NCBI GenBank assembly: GCA_943332515.1
Contig: CALQPR010000005.1
Span: 35,567 to 99,566 of the forward strand
From: Pedosphaera parvula Ellin514
Lineage (GTDB): Bacteria; Verrucomicrobiota; Verrucomicrobiia; Limisphaerales; JADJPG01
Direction: 5' to 3'
DNA length: 64,000 nucleotides
Shown: positions 55,150-64,000 of the stretch, piece after piece
Layout: each line of letters opens with the position of its first letter
Numbering within the stretch: position 1 is the stretch's first letter
Notes under the pieces: model-generated
What the model saw: the letters and a program-made list of their open reading frames with translations, nothing else
Told to the model about the DNA's origin: nothing
Database searches by the model: none
Made by a program: the position numbers and the translations under genes

Positions 55150-56475
55150 ATGACAGTTATTGTGACCGAGGTCCTCGTGCTGCTCCTGCTCCTCGTGGCG
55201 AACGGCGTGTTCGCCATGACGGAGATCGCCATCGTCTCCGCGCGCAAGCCCCGCTTGCGCCGCCTCGCCGAGCAGGGCGACTCGCGGGCACGCGTGGCGC
55301 TGGAACTCGCGGAGTCGCCGAACCGTTTTCTCTCCACCGTGCAGTTGGGCATCACGCTCGTCGGGATCTTCGCGGGCGCGTTCGGCGGCGCGACGCTGGC
55401 TGAGAAACTGGCCCAGCCGCTGGGGCAGATTGCCTGGCTCGCTCCCTACGCAAAACAGGTTTCGCTCGGCCTGGTCGTGATCGCCATCACCTACTTTTCG
55501 CTCGTCATCGGCGAGCTGGTGCCCAAGCGCATCGGCCTGGGCAACCCCGAAGGCATCGCGCTCGTCATGGCGAAATTCATGCACCGGCTTTCCGTGCTCA
55601 CCGCGCCGCTCATCACGTTTCTCAGCAAGTCCACCGAGGTGCTGCTACGGTTGTTCGGAGTGAAACCCCGGCCCGACGCGGCCGTCACCGAGGACGAGGT
55701 GCGCGGCTTGATGCAGGAAGGCGTGCGCGCCGGCGCCTTCAACAAGGTCGAGAGCCACATCATCCACAGCGCGCTCGATCTCGATCGGTTGAGCGTGCGC
55801 GACTTGATGGCTCCGCGTCCGAAAATCATCTTCGTCAACAAGAACGATCCGCACGACGTCATCTGGCACAAGATCGTCGTCAGCGGCCATTCGCACTTCC
55901 CGGTTTATGAAGGCCAGCGCGACAACGTGGTGGGCATCGTCTCGGTAAAGTCGATTTACGCGAACCTCGCCGCCGGCACCACCGCTCGCACCGCCGACCT
56001 CATGACCAAGCCGCTCATCGTGCCGGCGACACAAACCGCCATCCAACTGCTCGACGCCTTTAAGCAGACCGGCAAACACCTTGCGCTGGTCACGGACGAG
56101 TTCGGCAGCATCGTCGGTCTGGTGGCGTTGCACGACGTGATGGAGGCGCTTGTCGGTGAATTCCCCTCTCTCGAAGAACGTGCCCGGCCCGAGATCAAGA
56201 AGCGCGACGATGGCTCCTGGCTCATCGACGCGATGATTGAGATTGAGCGTGTCGAAGCGGCGTTGCCCGGCTTCCGATTGAGCGACGCGCAGAACAAGGA
56301 TTACCAGACCCTCGCTGGATTTGTCGTGAAGGCGCTGGGCCGCGTCCCCCGCGAAGGCGAGACCGTCGAAGCGCAAGGCTACGTCTTCGAGATCCTCGAC
56401 ATGGACGGCCATCGAGTGGACAAGGTGCTGGCCCTCACTTCGCAGCCAGCCAGCCAAAAGCCGCCGAGCAACTGA
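55150..56475 (+). CDS. CNNM/TlyC-family protein (DUF21, CBS pair, CorC_HlyC)
   Basis: NGVFAMTEIAIVSARK...ITLVGI, CBS region HSHFPVY...ALVTDEFGSIVGLVALHDVMEALVGE, and C-terminal transporter-associated domain. Confidence 0.9.
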   Translation: MTVIVTEVLVLLLLLVANGVFAMTEIAIVSARKPRLRRLAEQGDSRARVALELAESPNRFLSTVQLGITLVGIFAGAFGGATLAEKLAQPLGQIAWLAPYAKQVSLGLVVIAITYFSLVIGELVPKRIGLGNPEGIALVMAKFMHRLSVLTAPLITFLSKSTEVLLRLFGVKPRPDAAVTEDEVRGLMQEGVRAGAFNKVESHIIHSALDLDRLSVRDLMAPRPKIIFVNKNDPHDVIWHKIVVSGHSHFPVYEGQRDNVVGIVSVKSIYANLAAGTTARTADLMTKPLIVPATQTAIQLLDAFKQTGKHLALVTDEFGSIVGLVALHDVMEALVGEFPSLEERARPEIKKRDDGSWLIDAMIEIERVEAALPGFRLSDAQNKDYQTLAGFVVKALGRVPREGETVEAQGYVFEILDMDGHRVDKVLALTSQPASQKPPSN

Positions 56476-56617
56476 CGGAGGATCTTTGCCTAGGGGATTC
56501 ACTTCGGGCCAGCGGTTGAGCAGGGAAGGCTTCCGTCTGGCCACGCCTGCTTTATAGGGAGGAGCGTGATTCTTTAGTTCCCTCAGCAAACCTGCGATTC
56601 CTCATCGAGTCAGTCGC

Positions 56618-56633
56618 TGGCACACCGGCAGCT
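56618..56633 (+). promoter_or_regulatory. sigma-54-like promoter TGGCAC-N5-CAGCT upstream of terC
   Basis: Same register as at 53085. It lies 40 nt upstream of ATG 56673. Confidence 0.4.
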
Positions 56634-56672
56634 AAGGGAGGATTGAACCGGTGACTTCTCAAGCGCCGGCCA

Positions 56673-57662
56673 ATGACAATCATGACTGATACAACCTGGC
56701 TCTGGATCGGATTCAACCTCTTCGTGCTGGCGATGCTCGCCATCGACCTCGGTGTCTTCCACCGCAAATCGCACGTTGTCACCTTCAAGGAATCCATGAG
56801 CTGGACGGTGGTCTGGGTGACACTCGCGCTCGTCTTCAATGTGGGTGTGTGGCATTTCGCCGGGCCGCAGAAGGGACTGGAGTTCTTCACCGGCTACGTC
56901 ATCGAGAAGTCCTTGAGCGTGGACAATGTGTTTGTCTTCGCCCTCCTGTTTTCCTACTTCGCCGTACCGCCGCTGTATCAGCACAAGGTTTTGTTCTGGG
57001 GCATCCTCGGCGCGCTCATCATGCGGGCCGTCATGATTGTCGGGGGCGCGGCGCTGATCACGAAGTTCTCCTGGATCATCTACATCTTCGGCGCGTTCCT
57101 CATCCTGACGGGCATCAAAATGATCGTGAAGCGCGACGAGGAGATGCACCCCGAGCGCAACCCGGTGGTGAAATGGTTCAAGCGCCTCATGCCCGTGACC
57201 AGCGACTATCGCGGCGACAAGTTCTTCGTCCGAGAAAACGGCATCCGCATGGCCACGCCTCTGTTTGTCGTGCTGTTGCTGGTGGAGATCACTGACGTCA
57301 TCTTCGCGGTGGACAGCATCCCGGCCATCTTCGCCGTCACGACCGATCCGTTCATCGTCTATACCTCGAACGTCTTCGCTATCCTCGGCCTGCGCTCGCT
57401 CTACTTCGCGCTGGCGGGAGTCATGGACAAGTTCCATTACCTCAAAATCGGTCTGGGCGCGGTGCTGACCTTCGTCGGCGTGAAGATGCTGCTCGCTCAC
57501 TCGGCCTGGAAAATCCCGACTCTGCCCTCGCTCGGCGTGATCGTGCTCATCCTGACAGTGGCGGTGGTGGCCTCGCTGCTGAGACCGAAAACGGTGAAAC
57601 CCAAGACTGCTCCAGGCAAGCCCTCAGCGCTGCCAGAGCCGGTGATCAACTCAACGAACTAA
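56673..57662 (+). CDS. TerC/Alx-family integral membrane protein
   Basis: GYVIEKSLSVDNVFVFALLF...LLLVEITDVIFAVDSIPAIFAVTTDPFIVYTSNVFAILGLRSLYF. Confidence 0.9.
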   Translation: MTIMTDTTWLWIGFNLFVLAMLAIDLGVFHRKSHVVTFKESMSWTVVWVTLALVFNVGVWHFAGPQKGLEFFTGYVIEKSLSVDNVFVFALLFSYFAVPPLYQHKVLFWGILGALIMRAVMIVGGAALITKFSWIIYIFGAFLILTGIKMIVKRDEEMHPERNPVVKWFKRLMPVTSDYRGDKFFVRENGIRMATPLFVVLLLVEITDVIFAVDSIPAIFAVTTDPFIVYTSNVFAILGLRSLYFALAGVMDKFHYLKIGLGAVLTFVGVKMLLAHSAWKIPTLPSLGVIVLILTVAVVASLLRPKTVKPKTAPGKPSALPEPVINSTN

Positions 57663-57676
57663 ACTTGTAAACACCC

Positions 57677-58537
57677 ATGTCCCGCGACCGCATGCAACGC
57701 CAGCGTTTCGAGCAGAAATACATGCTCGATGAAAATCAGGCTGTGGCACTCCGTCCGTTTCTCCTCGCTCACATGGAGCTTGATGAGAACGGCGTCGGCA
57801 AACCGGACTTCAGCTATCCGGTACACAGCCTGTATCTCGACTCGAGCACGCTGGCCACCTTCTGGTCCACGATCAATGGCGACAAGAACCGCTACAAGCT
57901 CCGCCTGCGCTTTTACAACGAGCATCCCGATTCGCCGGTCTTCTTTGAAATCAAACGGCGGGTGAACAACTGCATCCTCAAGCAGCGCGCCGGAGTGCGG
58001 AAGGAAGCCGTGCCGTGGCTGCTGGCCGGCCAGTTGCCCGGGCCGGAGCATCTGCTGCGAAGCGATCCGAAGTCGCTGGTGGCCATCCAGAATTTCGTGA
58101 AGCTCGCCGATGGCCTTCAGGCCCGCCCGCTTGCGCACGTCGCCTACCTGCGCGAAGCCTATGTGGACCCAGCGAACGACAACGCCCGCGTCACGCTGGA
58201 TCGCGTTGTGCGGACCGAATCCCGTTCCGAGGCCAGCTTCCACACCACGATGCGGAATCCTTCGCTCCCCTTTGGCGACCGCGTCATCCTAGAGCTGAAA
58301 TTTACCGACCGCTTCCCTGACTGGTTCCGCCACCTCGTCGCGCACTTTGGCCTGATGCAATGCGGTGCAGCCAAGTACTGCGAAGGATTGGCCGGCCTGC
58401 CTGAATTCGGCGTCAGCCATGCGGGTGACTTTCGCGAACAGCCTGGCCACGGAAGGTCGCCTTCCTCACCTGCTGAGCCCGCCCGACAATCCCTTCTCGT
58501 GCCTCGCCGATTCACGGACGGGATCGCAATTGTGTAG
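57677..58537 (+). CDS. VTC (polyphosphate polymerase-like) domain protein
   Basis: RFEQKYML...HSLYLDS...RYKLRLRFY...FFEIKRR...ILELKF. Confidence 0.75.
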   Translation: MSRDRMQRQRFEQKYMLDENQAVALRPFLLAHMELDENGVGKPDFSYPVHSLYLDSSTLATFWSTINGDKNRYKLRLRFYNEHPDSPVFFEIKRRVNNCILKQRAGVRKEAVPWLLAGQLPGPEHLLRSDPKSLVAIQNFVKLADGLQARPLAHVAYLREAYVDPANDNARVTLDRVVRTESRSEASFHTTMRNPSLPFGDRVILELKFTDRFPDWFRHLVAHFGLMQCGAAKYCEGLAGLPEFGVSHAGDFREQPGHGRSPSSPAEPARQSLLVPRRFTDGIAIV

Positions 58538-58645
58538 GTGGGATGTAACTGCGTTGAAATGTCACCGGGTTCAGTTTCGAGTTTTCGTTTCGCCCCCAAG
58601 TCTGCGCAATTTGACACCGGCACCGTGACTCGACAGCTTTGGTCG

Positions 58646-60040
58646 ATGACTTTCAACCAATCTTTGCGTGTCGATGTTGAATCGAAACGTTCACCGCTGG
58701 GGATCGCTGCGTGGCACCGCCTCTTTATCCGATTCCCGCGCCCTGATCCGTACCTGCCTCACTCCATTCATCGAAGTTTCGGAACACTCGTTCTCCTTGC
58801 CGCAATCACGACCGTCGTTCTCGCGCTTGAGCCCCTCCGCCTTGCCGCCGCTGACTGGCCCCAGTGGCGCGGGCCGACGCGTGACGGTCAAATCGCTGGC
58901 CCGGCCTGGCCGGACAAGCTCGACACGAACCATCTCCAGCAAGTCTGGCGGGTGGAACTGGGGCCGAGCTACTCGGGTCCGATTGTCTCGGCTGACCGGG
59001 TCTTCACGACCGAATCGAAGGATAAGAAGTTCGAGGTCGTCACCGCCTTCGACCGCAAGACCGGCAAGGAACTTTGGCGTGCGCAGTGGGAAGGCGCGAT
59101 GACCGTCCCGTTCTTCGCCAAGTCGAATGGCGATTGGATTCGTTCGACGCCGGCGTTGGACGGCGACCGGCTCTATGTGTCGGGAATGCGCGATGTCCTC
59201 GTGTGTCTCGACACGGCCAGCGGGACGCAAAGGTGGCGCATGGATTTTGTGAAGGAACTCAAGTCGCCCGAGCCGGACTTCGGTTTCGTCTGCTCGCCTC
59301 TTGTCGATGGTGACGCGGTTTATGTGCAGGCTGGCGCGTCCGTGGCCAAGCTCGACAAGTTGACCGGGAAACTCCTGTGGCGTTCGCTCCAGGACAAGGG
59401 CGGCATGTGGGGCAGTGCGTTTTCTTCGCCTGTCATCGCGACGCTTGGAGGTCAGCGCCAGGTCATCGTCCAGACACGGGAGAAGCTGGCAGGCTTGAGT
59501 CTGGCGGACGGAAAAGTTCTTTGGGAACAGCCAGTCGAAGCGTTCCGTGGGATGAACATACTGACGCCGATTGTGTTCGGGGACGGAGTGTTCACCAGTG
59601 CTTACGGAGGCAAGACGCATCTCTTTCGCGTCGAGCAAAAGGACGGGAAGTGGAGCGTCAGTCAGGCTTGGACGGACAAGGTGCAGGGCTACATGTCCAC
59701 GCCCGTCGTGGTGGACGGCCATGCCTATCAGCACGCCAAGAACGAGCGCATCCGGTGCATCGACCTCAAGACCGGGGCAGAGAAGTGGATGACCGGCGAG
59801 AGCCACGGGAAGTACTGGAGCTTCGTTGCGCAAGGCGACCGGATTCTGGGGCTGAACCAGCGCGGGTCGCTTTATCTCCTGCGAGCGAACAAGGAGAAGT
59901 TTGAACAGCTCGACAAGCGCAAGGTCAGCGAAGGCGAGACCTGGGCGCACCTGGCGGTGGCGGGAGATCAGATCTTCATTCGTGAGCTGAATGCGCTGAC
60001 CGTGTGGCGTTGGAATTCTCCCGACGTCCGTCGCGAATGA
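58646..60040 (+). CDS. PQQ-like beta-propeller repeat protein (BamB-like fold), secreted
   Basis: DWPQWRGPTRDG, repeated ...A.D..TGK.LW... blades, and C-terminal IFIRELNALTVWRW. The start is uncertain (the ORF track begins at GTG 58538). Confidence 0.75.
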   Translation: MTFNQSLRVDVESKRSPLGIAAWHRLFIRFPRPDPYLPHSIHRSFGTLVLLAAITTVVLALEPLRLAAADWPQWRGPTRDGQIAGPAWPDKLDTNHLQQVWRVELGPSYSGPIVSADRVFTTESKDKKFEVVTAFDRKTGKELWRAQWEGAMTVPFFAKSNGDWIRSTPALDGDRLYVSGMRDVLVCLDTASGTQRWRMDFVKELKSPEPDFGFVCSPLVDGDAVYVQAGASVAKLDKLTGKLLWRSLQDKGGMWGSAFSSPVIATLGGQRQVIVQTREKLAGLSLADGKVLWEQPVEAFRGMNILTPIVFGDGVFTSAYGGKTHLFRVEQKDGKWSVSQAWTDKVQGYMSTPVVVDGHAYQHAKNERIRCIDLKTGAEKWMTGESHGKYWSFVAQGDRILGLNQRGSLYLLRANKEKFEQLDKRKVSEGETWAHLAVAGDQIFIRELNALTVWRWNSPDVRRE

Positions 60041-60249
60041 AGTGATTCGCGCGTTGGATTGTCGGACGCGTCATTATGGTTTCCTGAGAGCTTAGGAGGG
60101 TTGCCTTTTTTCAAGCGACGGTTTGCCCATGGCTTTTCCGGCCTTGATTGGACGATGACTTTTGCCGGCGCTGGCTATACGTTGCGCCATGTACTTGAAT
60201 GATTTTGGGCCAGCTGGCTTCGGCTATTCCCTCGACGCTTGACCCGACG

Positions 60250-61389
60250 ATGTCGCTGAACGTTCCATTGCCGCGTGAGGGTTTGCCGTCTGGGGACTCT
60301 GGACACGCTGGTGTTTATGATGTGCTTGTCCTCGGGGCGGGTCCGGCGGGTTTATCGATTGGCTACGAGCTGAAGCAGCGCGGATTGACGTTTCTCCTGA
60401 TCGAGCGTGGTCACGCGGCAGGCGAGTCGTGGCGGAGGATGCCTGTCTCGCTCAAGCTGGTGAGTCCCTGGCGGGCCAATTCGTTACCAGGTACGCGCCC
60501 CGGACTTTTCCCTCAGCAGTATGAGATGACCCGGCAGGAGTATCATCAGTATCTCCGTGACTACGCTGCCGAACACCAGCTTCCGTTACAGTCTGGCGAG
60601 GCGGTGACCCGGGTGGCTCGGGATACGGACGGGCTGTTTCGTGTTACGACTTCGACTGGATCCTACAGCAGCAAACTTTTGGTAAACGCCACCGGGAGTT
60701 TTTCGAAGCCGTTTATCCCGGGCTTCGACGGGGCGGCAGACTCACCGATTCCCCAGGTGCATGTTGCGGACTACGTGGGGCCGGAGCACGTGAAAGAACT
60801 CGTTGAAGGCCGGGTTGGACCCGTCTTGATTGTTGGGAAGAGATTGTCTGCGGGGCAGACGCTCGTGGAGTTGGTGGAGGCGGGATTTGAAGTGGCTCTT
60901 TCGCACCGGTCTGAGATTCGATTTGGCAGCGGTCCGTTCGGCAGGTGGCTTTTCTTCCGGGTCTTTCCCGAGTTGGAAGCGCTCAAGATCCGCGTGTGGG
61001 GCCAAAATGCCTGCGGATTTGATGTTCCCATGGAAGGTGGAGCGGCTCGAAGGCTGATTCGCAGTGGGGCGGTCAAGACGTTTCCCGACGTGAACCGGTT
61101 TCAAGGCGCGTCCGTGTTGTTCAAGGACGGCACCCGCCTGAAGCCTTCGGCGGTCATCTACGCCACGGGGTTTCGTCCGGCGCTGGATCATCTGCACGAA
61201 CTGCTGGTTAACGTGCCGGACCGCCGCCGGCTCCCGCCGCTGAACGGCATGGAAAGCGTGGTTGTTCCGGGCTTGTTCTTCCTCGGGTTGGAGCATCAGC
61301 GCAACATGCAGAGCCAGTACCTGCGTGGCATTCGCAAGGATGCCGAGCTGCTGGCCGAGGAACTGGCTGGCCTGCTACGGCGCAGATGA
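60250..61389 (+). CDS. NAD(P)/FAD-dependent oxidoreductase (flavin monooxygenase-like, Pyr_redox_3)
   Basis: YDVLVLGAGPAGLSIGYEL, a second dinucleotide motif VLIVGKRLSAGQ, and ATGF near the C-terminus. Confidence 0.75.
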   Translation: MSLNVPLPREGLPSGDSGHAGVYDVLVLGAGPAGLSIGYELKQRGLTFLLIERGHAAGESWRRMPVSLKLVSPWRANSLPGTRPGLFPQQYEMTRQEYHQYLRDYAAEHQLPLQSGEAVTRVARDTDGLFRVTTSTGSYSSKLLVNATGSFSKPFIPGFDGAADSPIPQVHVADYVGPEHVKELVEGRVGPVLIVGKRLSAGQTLVELVEAGFEVALSHRSEIRFGSGPFGRWLFFRVFPELEALKIRVWGQNACGFDVPMEGGAARRLIRSGAVKTFPDVNRFQGASVLFKDGTRLKPSAVIYATGFRPALDHLHELLVNVPDRRRLPPLNGMESVVVPGLFFLGLEHQRNMQSQYLRGIRKDAELLAEELAGLLRRR

Positions 61390-61723
61390 TGGCAGCGCCC
61401 TTTGGGCATGTCCTTCGATGGTGGACAACATTTTAGGGGATTCCCCGTATCCCGGACTGTGCTGCGCACCTTGTCCGGCAGGTAGCTGGCCCAATGGCGG
61501 GCGTTCAAGGGACGGGTTAAAGGTATATCATTCAATCAACTCAGCTCCAGCAGGACACTCGTGATCACGCAGGATTCGCGGATGGAAAGGTTGAATCTGT
61601 CGTTTCTGACGAAGTTGCGATTGCTTGTTGCTCAAAAAACTGCGCATGATTCAAGGTTCCTTGGCTGATTAGTCAGGGACGATATGTATCCACTTTTCTG
61701 CCATGGACCGGCGGGTTGCAGTG

Positions 61724-63754
61724 ATGAAAACGCTTTTAGTTCTGGCTCCTCACCCGGAATTGGCAGACGCCGTGCGCGGCGCGCTGGATCCGGAGAAGTA
61801 CAGGCTGATCCACCGGATCAGCCTGGAGGAAGCTGATCCGCTCCTCGTCCGCGGCGTGGTGGACGTCTGCGTTCTGGATGTTGAGCTGGCGAATGTTCAG
61901 GGAATCTGGGTCTTGGAGAAGCTTCGTCGCCGTCTTCCTGCCGTGCCCATCATCGCCTACACCGAATCGCGGGACTGGCAGTGGGAAGAGGAAGCCTACC
62001 TCAACGGCGTCTCCCATGTCCTCACCAAGCCGGCGCGTCCGCGCATGCTCAACGCCTTGATTGAACGGTTGTGGGTGCCACGAGTTGCAGGTCGCCCGCC
62101 GGCTCGTTCTGTGACGGCCAATATTTCGCCCATCACGACGAGTGTGGAGGTCGGTGGCGATGCAGAAGAGACGCTTTCCACGCTGAGGGATTTTTCCGGC
62201 ATCCTCACCCACTCGCTGAATGCCGAGGCGCTACTTCGCAAATTTCTGCTTCAACTCCGCGAGATCCTCGGCGTCAACCGCGCCGCCCTGTTTTTGCGCC
62301 AATCCGGATCATCCCCGGACGGCCGTTCTTCTGGCGAAGCGCAAAGCATGCGGTCCGCGTGCGCATTGGGTCTGTCGTCGGGTTTGCTCGAACACTTTGA
62401 ACTTTCGTTCGATACCGGCATCGGCGGCTATCTTCATCGCGAGGGCCGGATCGTCCGGCGGGACAGCGCTGAAGCTTATGCTGATCTGCAAATGCAGAAG
62501 GAGTTTGAAATCCTCGGGGCGCAGGTCGCGGTCCCGATGTTTGATCGCGAGACGCTGATCGGCGTCGCAGCCTTCGATGGGCGTGTCACCGGGGAACCGA
62601 TCGGCAACAGCGAGCTGGAGCTGATTTTCCATCTGCTCGAAGAGCTCGGTCTGGCGGTTAAGAACATCTGGCTTCACGATCAACTGCTCGGCAATCACGA
62701 GATGATGACCGACATCCTGCGCGAGCTCAGCAGCGCGTGCGTTGTCGTCAGCCGCGACCTCGTGATCCAGCATGCGAACAAGGCCGCCCGGATGCTCTTC
62801 AGCCGGCCGGGCAATCGAAGCGTGGATCTGGAATTCAGCGACATTCCGCAGGCCCTTGGCAGCAAGGTCTATCAAGTCATCAAGACGGGCGCGGGTGTTG
62901 CAACTTTCAAGCATCAGCCGACCGAGAGCCCGCAGAAACTTTTCCAAGTCACCGTGGTGCCGTTCGTCCGTCCGGGCGCTGTTGCGGCACACGCCGCTCT
63001 CCTGATTGTCGAGGATCACACGCAGGCGGAGGCGTTCCGCAAGCTGGAGATCGAAGCGGCGAATCTCCGGCTTATCAAAGTGATGGCGGATCGTCTGGCG
63101 CACGAAGTTGGCAATGCGCTGGTGCCGCTCTCCACTCACCAACAGTTGCTGGGCGAGAAGTTCAAGGACCCTGAGTTTCGTGCGTCGTTGGACCTGGCGA
63201 TGTCAGACGGCGTCAAGCGCGTGTCCCGATTGATCAACCAGATGCGCTATTTGGCGCGGGACTCCATCCTGACGAAGGAGGCGGTCTCGCTGACTCAATT
63301 GATCGATGAGGCATATAAAGAAGCCTACAAATATCAGCCCACCAAATCGGCCAAGCTGTATTTCGACGATGGGAAGCATCCCATCATCATCGTTGGAGAC
63401 CGGGCGGCGTTGAGGCATGCGTTTGCCGAAGTAATTCTGAACGCGATCCAAGCGAACCCGACTGACGCCAAGGTGCAGATTCAAGCTCAGACTGAAACCG
63501 GTCCGGCGGGACTGGGCTGGATTCACATCGAGATTGTCGACAATGGGACTGGCTTTACTGCTGAGGCTGCGCAAAAAGTTCCGGCTCCGTTCTTCACCAC
63601 CAGGACCGTAGGTCTCGGGCTGGGTCTTTGCGTAACGAAGAAGATCGTCGAAGTGCATCAAGGCCGGTTGACCATCGTAGGTACGGTGCCGAATATGCCG
63701 GGCACGGTTCGCATCTCACTGCCGTTGAATCTCGCGGCCAACGTCACCAAGTAG
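61724..63754 (+). CDS. multidomain sensor histidine kinase (REC-like, GAF, PAS-like, HisKA, HATPase_c)
   Basis: N-terminal MKTLLVLAPHPEL...VLDVEL (REC-like). H-box ADRLAHEVGNALVPL. ILNAIQAN, DNGTGF, GLGLGL. Confidence 0.85.
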   Translation: MKTLLVLAPHPELADAVRGALDPEKYRLIHRISLEEADPLLVRGVVDVCVLDVELANVQGIWVLEKLRRRLPAVPIIAYTESRDWQWEEEAYLNGVSHVLTKPARPRMLNALIERLWVPRVAGRPPARSVTANISPITTSVEVGGDAEETLSTLRDFSGILTHSLNAEALLRKFLLQLREILGVNRAALFLRQSGSSPDGRSSGEAQSMRSACALGLSSGLLEHFELSFDTGIGGYLHREGRIVRRDSAEAYADLQMQKEFEILGAQVAVPMFDRETLIGVAAFDGRVTGEPIGNSELELIFHLLEELGLAVKNIWLHDQLLGNHEMMTDILRELSSACVVVSRDLVIQHANKAARMLFSRPGNRSVDLEFSDIPQALGSKVYQVIKTGAGVATFKHQPTESPQKLFQVTVVPFVRPGAVAAHAALLIVEDHTQAEAFRKLEIEAANLRLIKVMADRLAHEVGNALVPLSTHQQLLGEKFKDPEFRASLDLAMSDGVKRVSRLINQMRYLARDSILTKEAVSLTQLIDEAYKEAYKYQPTKSAKLYFDDGKHPIIIVGDRAALRHAFAEVILNAIQANPTDAKVQIQAQTETGPAGLGWIHIEIVDNGTGFTAEAAQKVPAPFFTTRTVGLGLGLCVTKKIVEVHQGRLTIVGTVPNMPGTVRISLPLNLAANVTK

Positions 63755-63833
63755 TCACTCCCCGATTGCGAGCGTCGGTTGCGCCGGGGCTTTTCCCATT
63801 GCTGGAATCGGGATGCTTCGTAGTATGCGGCCC

Positions 63834-64000
63834 ATGAAAGCAACGGCCCTCTTCTCCGGTCACTTTTTCATTCGAGGGAGCCTCCTTTACCTTCCGACGT
63901 TGGTATGCATCGTCCTCGCCATGCTGCGTGCATCTGGCGCAGAGAAGCAGGATTTTTCACCGGTGCCCACGGAACGGCAATTGCCACGGGCCATGCATGC
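63834..64000 (+). CDS. hypothetical secreted/membrane protein; N-terminus only, runs off the right edge
   Basis: My own translation gives MKATALFSGHFFIRGSLLYLPTLVCIVLAMLRASGAEKQDF..., open to the window end. An in-frame ATG at 63813 is an alternative start. Confidence 0.3.
   Translation, partial: MKATALFSGHFFIRGSLLYLPTLVCIVLAMLRASGAEKQDFSPVPTERQLPRAMH

Noticed and set aside
56490-56600. Possible yybP-ykoY Mn2+ riboswitch upstream of terC.
   Set aside because: I could find only partial matches to the conserved GGGGAGUAG and AGCAAGACC blocks, and no UUGACAUA-like core. This cannot be called without a covariance-model search, so it is kept only as a check inside the terC-leader finding.
61455-61485. 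Nested hairpin CCGGAC-TGTGC-tgc-GCAC-ctt-GTCCGG downstream of the flavoprotein gene, and small ORFs in the 61390-61723 gap (for example the 79-aa ORF 61296..61535-).
   Set aside because: The hairpin lacks a U-tail, so terminator status is unproven. The small ORFs have poor codon bias and overlap the flavoprotein gene's 3' end.

Overview
High-GC (about 60%) bacterial chromosomal window. The gene content looks like a Verrucomicrobia/PVC-type genome (inference): DUF1559-type prepilin-like proteins, GloVer and delta-60 repeat proteins, and a WD40 Ser/Thr kinase next to a TIGR02999-type ECF sigma factor. I saw no rRNA, tRNA or CRISPR array. Main blocks: (1) rsmB, an MCP, and a minus-strand fur-sufB-(PIN/small protein)-sufC-sufD-sufE-(RAYT)-sufT operon interrupted by two accessory insertions. 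(2) Housekeeping and transport genes (hisH, prepilin-like proteins, NhaD-like, TauE, HAD). (3) A CarH/LitR-type B12-binding MerR regulator that faces a sigma-factor-led, tightly overlapping 11-gene operon: two CrtI-family desaturases, an aldehyde dehydrogenase, an acyltransferase, a GT2, an SDR and small proteins. This resembles a C30 carotenoid-glycoside-ester pathway, and CarH-type 11-bp phased repeats lie in the divergent promoter region. (4) A ppc-sbtA-sbtB operon that links PEP carboxylase to a bicarbonate transporter and its PII-like partner. (5) A consensus sigma-54 promoter, downstream of an NtrC-family activator gene, that precedes genes for an HPF-like protein, a BacNav-type voltage-gated channel with an unusual TLDNWAD filter, ExoD and a DUF3311/SSS transporter. 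(6) Three secreted repeat/propeller proteins divergent from a WD40 kinase and ECF sigma. (7) Two-component genes, TspO, USP, CNNM, TerC, VTC, a PQQ-like propeller, a flavoprotein and a GAF/PAS histidine kinase. All calls come from reading the ORF translations and the DNA by eye. Start codons are best guesses, and family names are recognition-based rather than search-verified.
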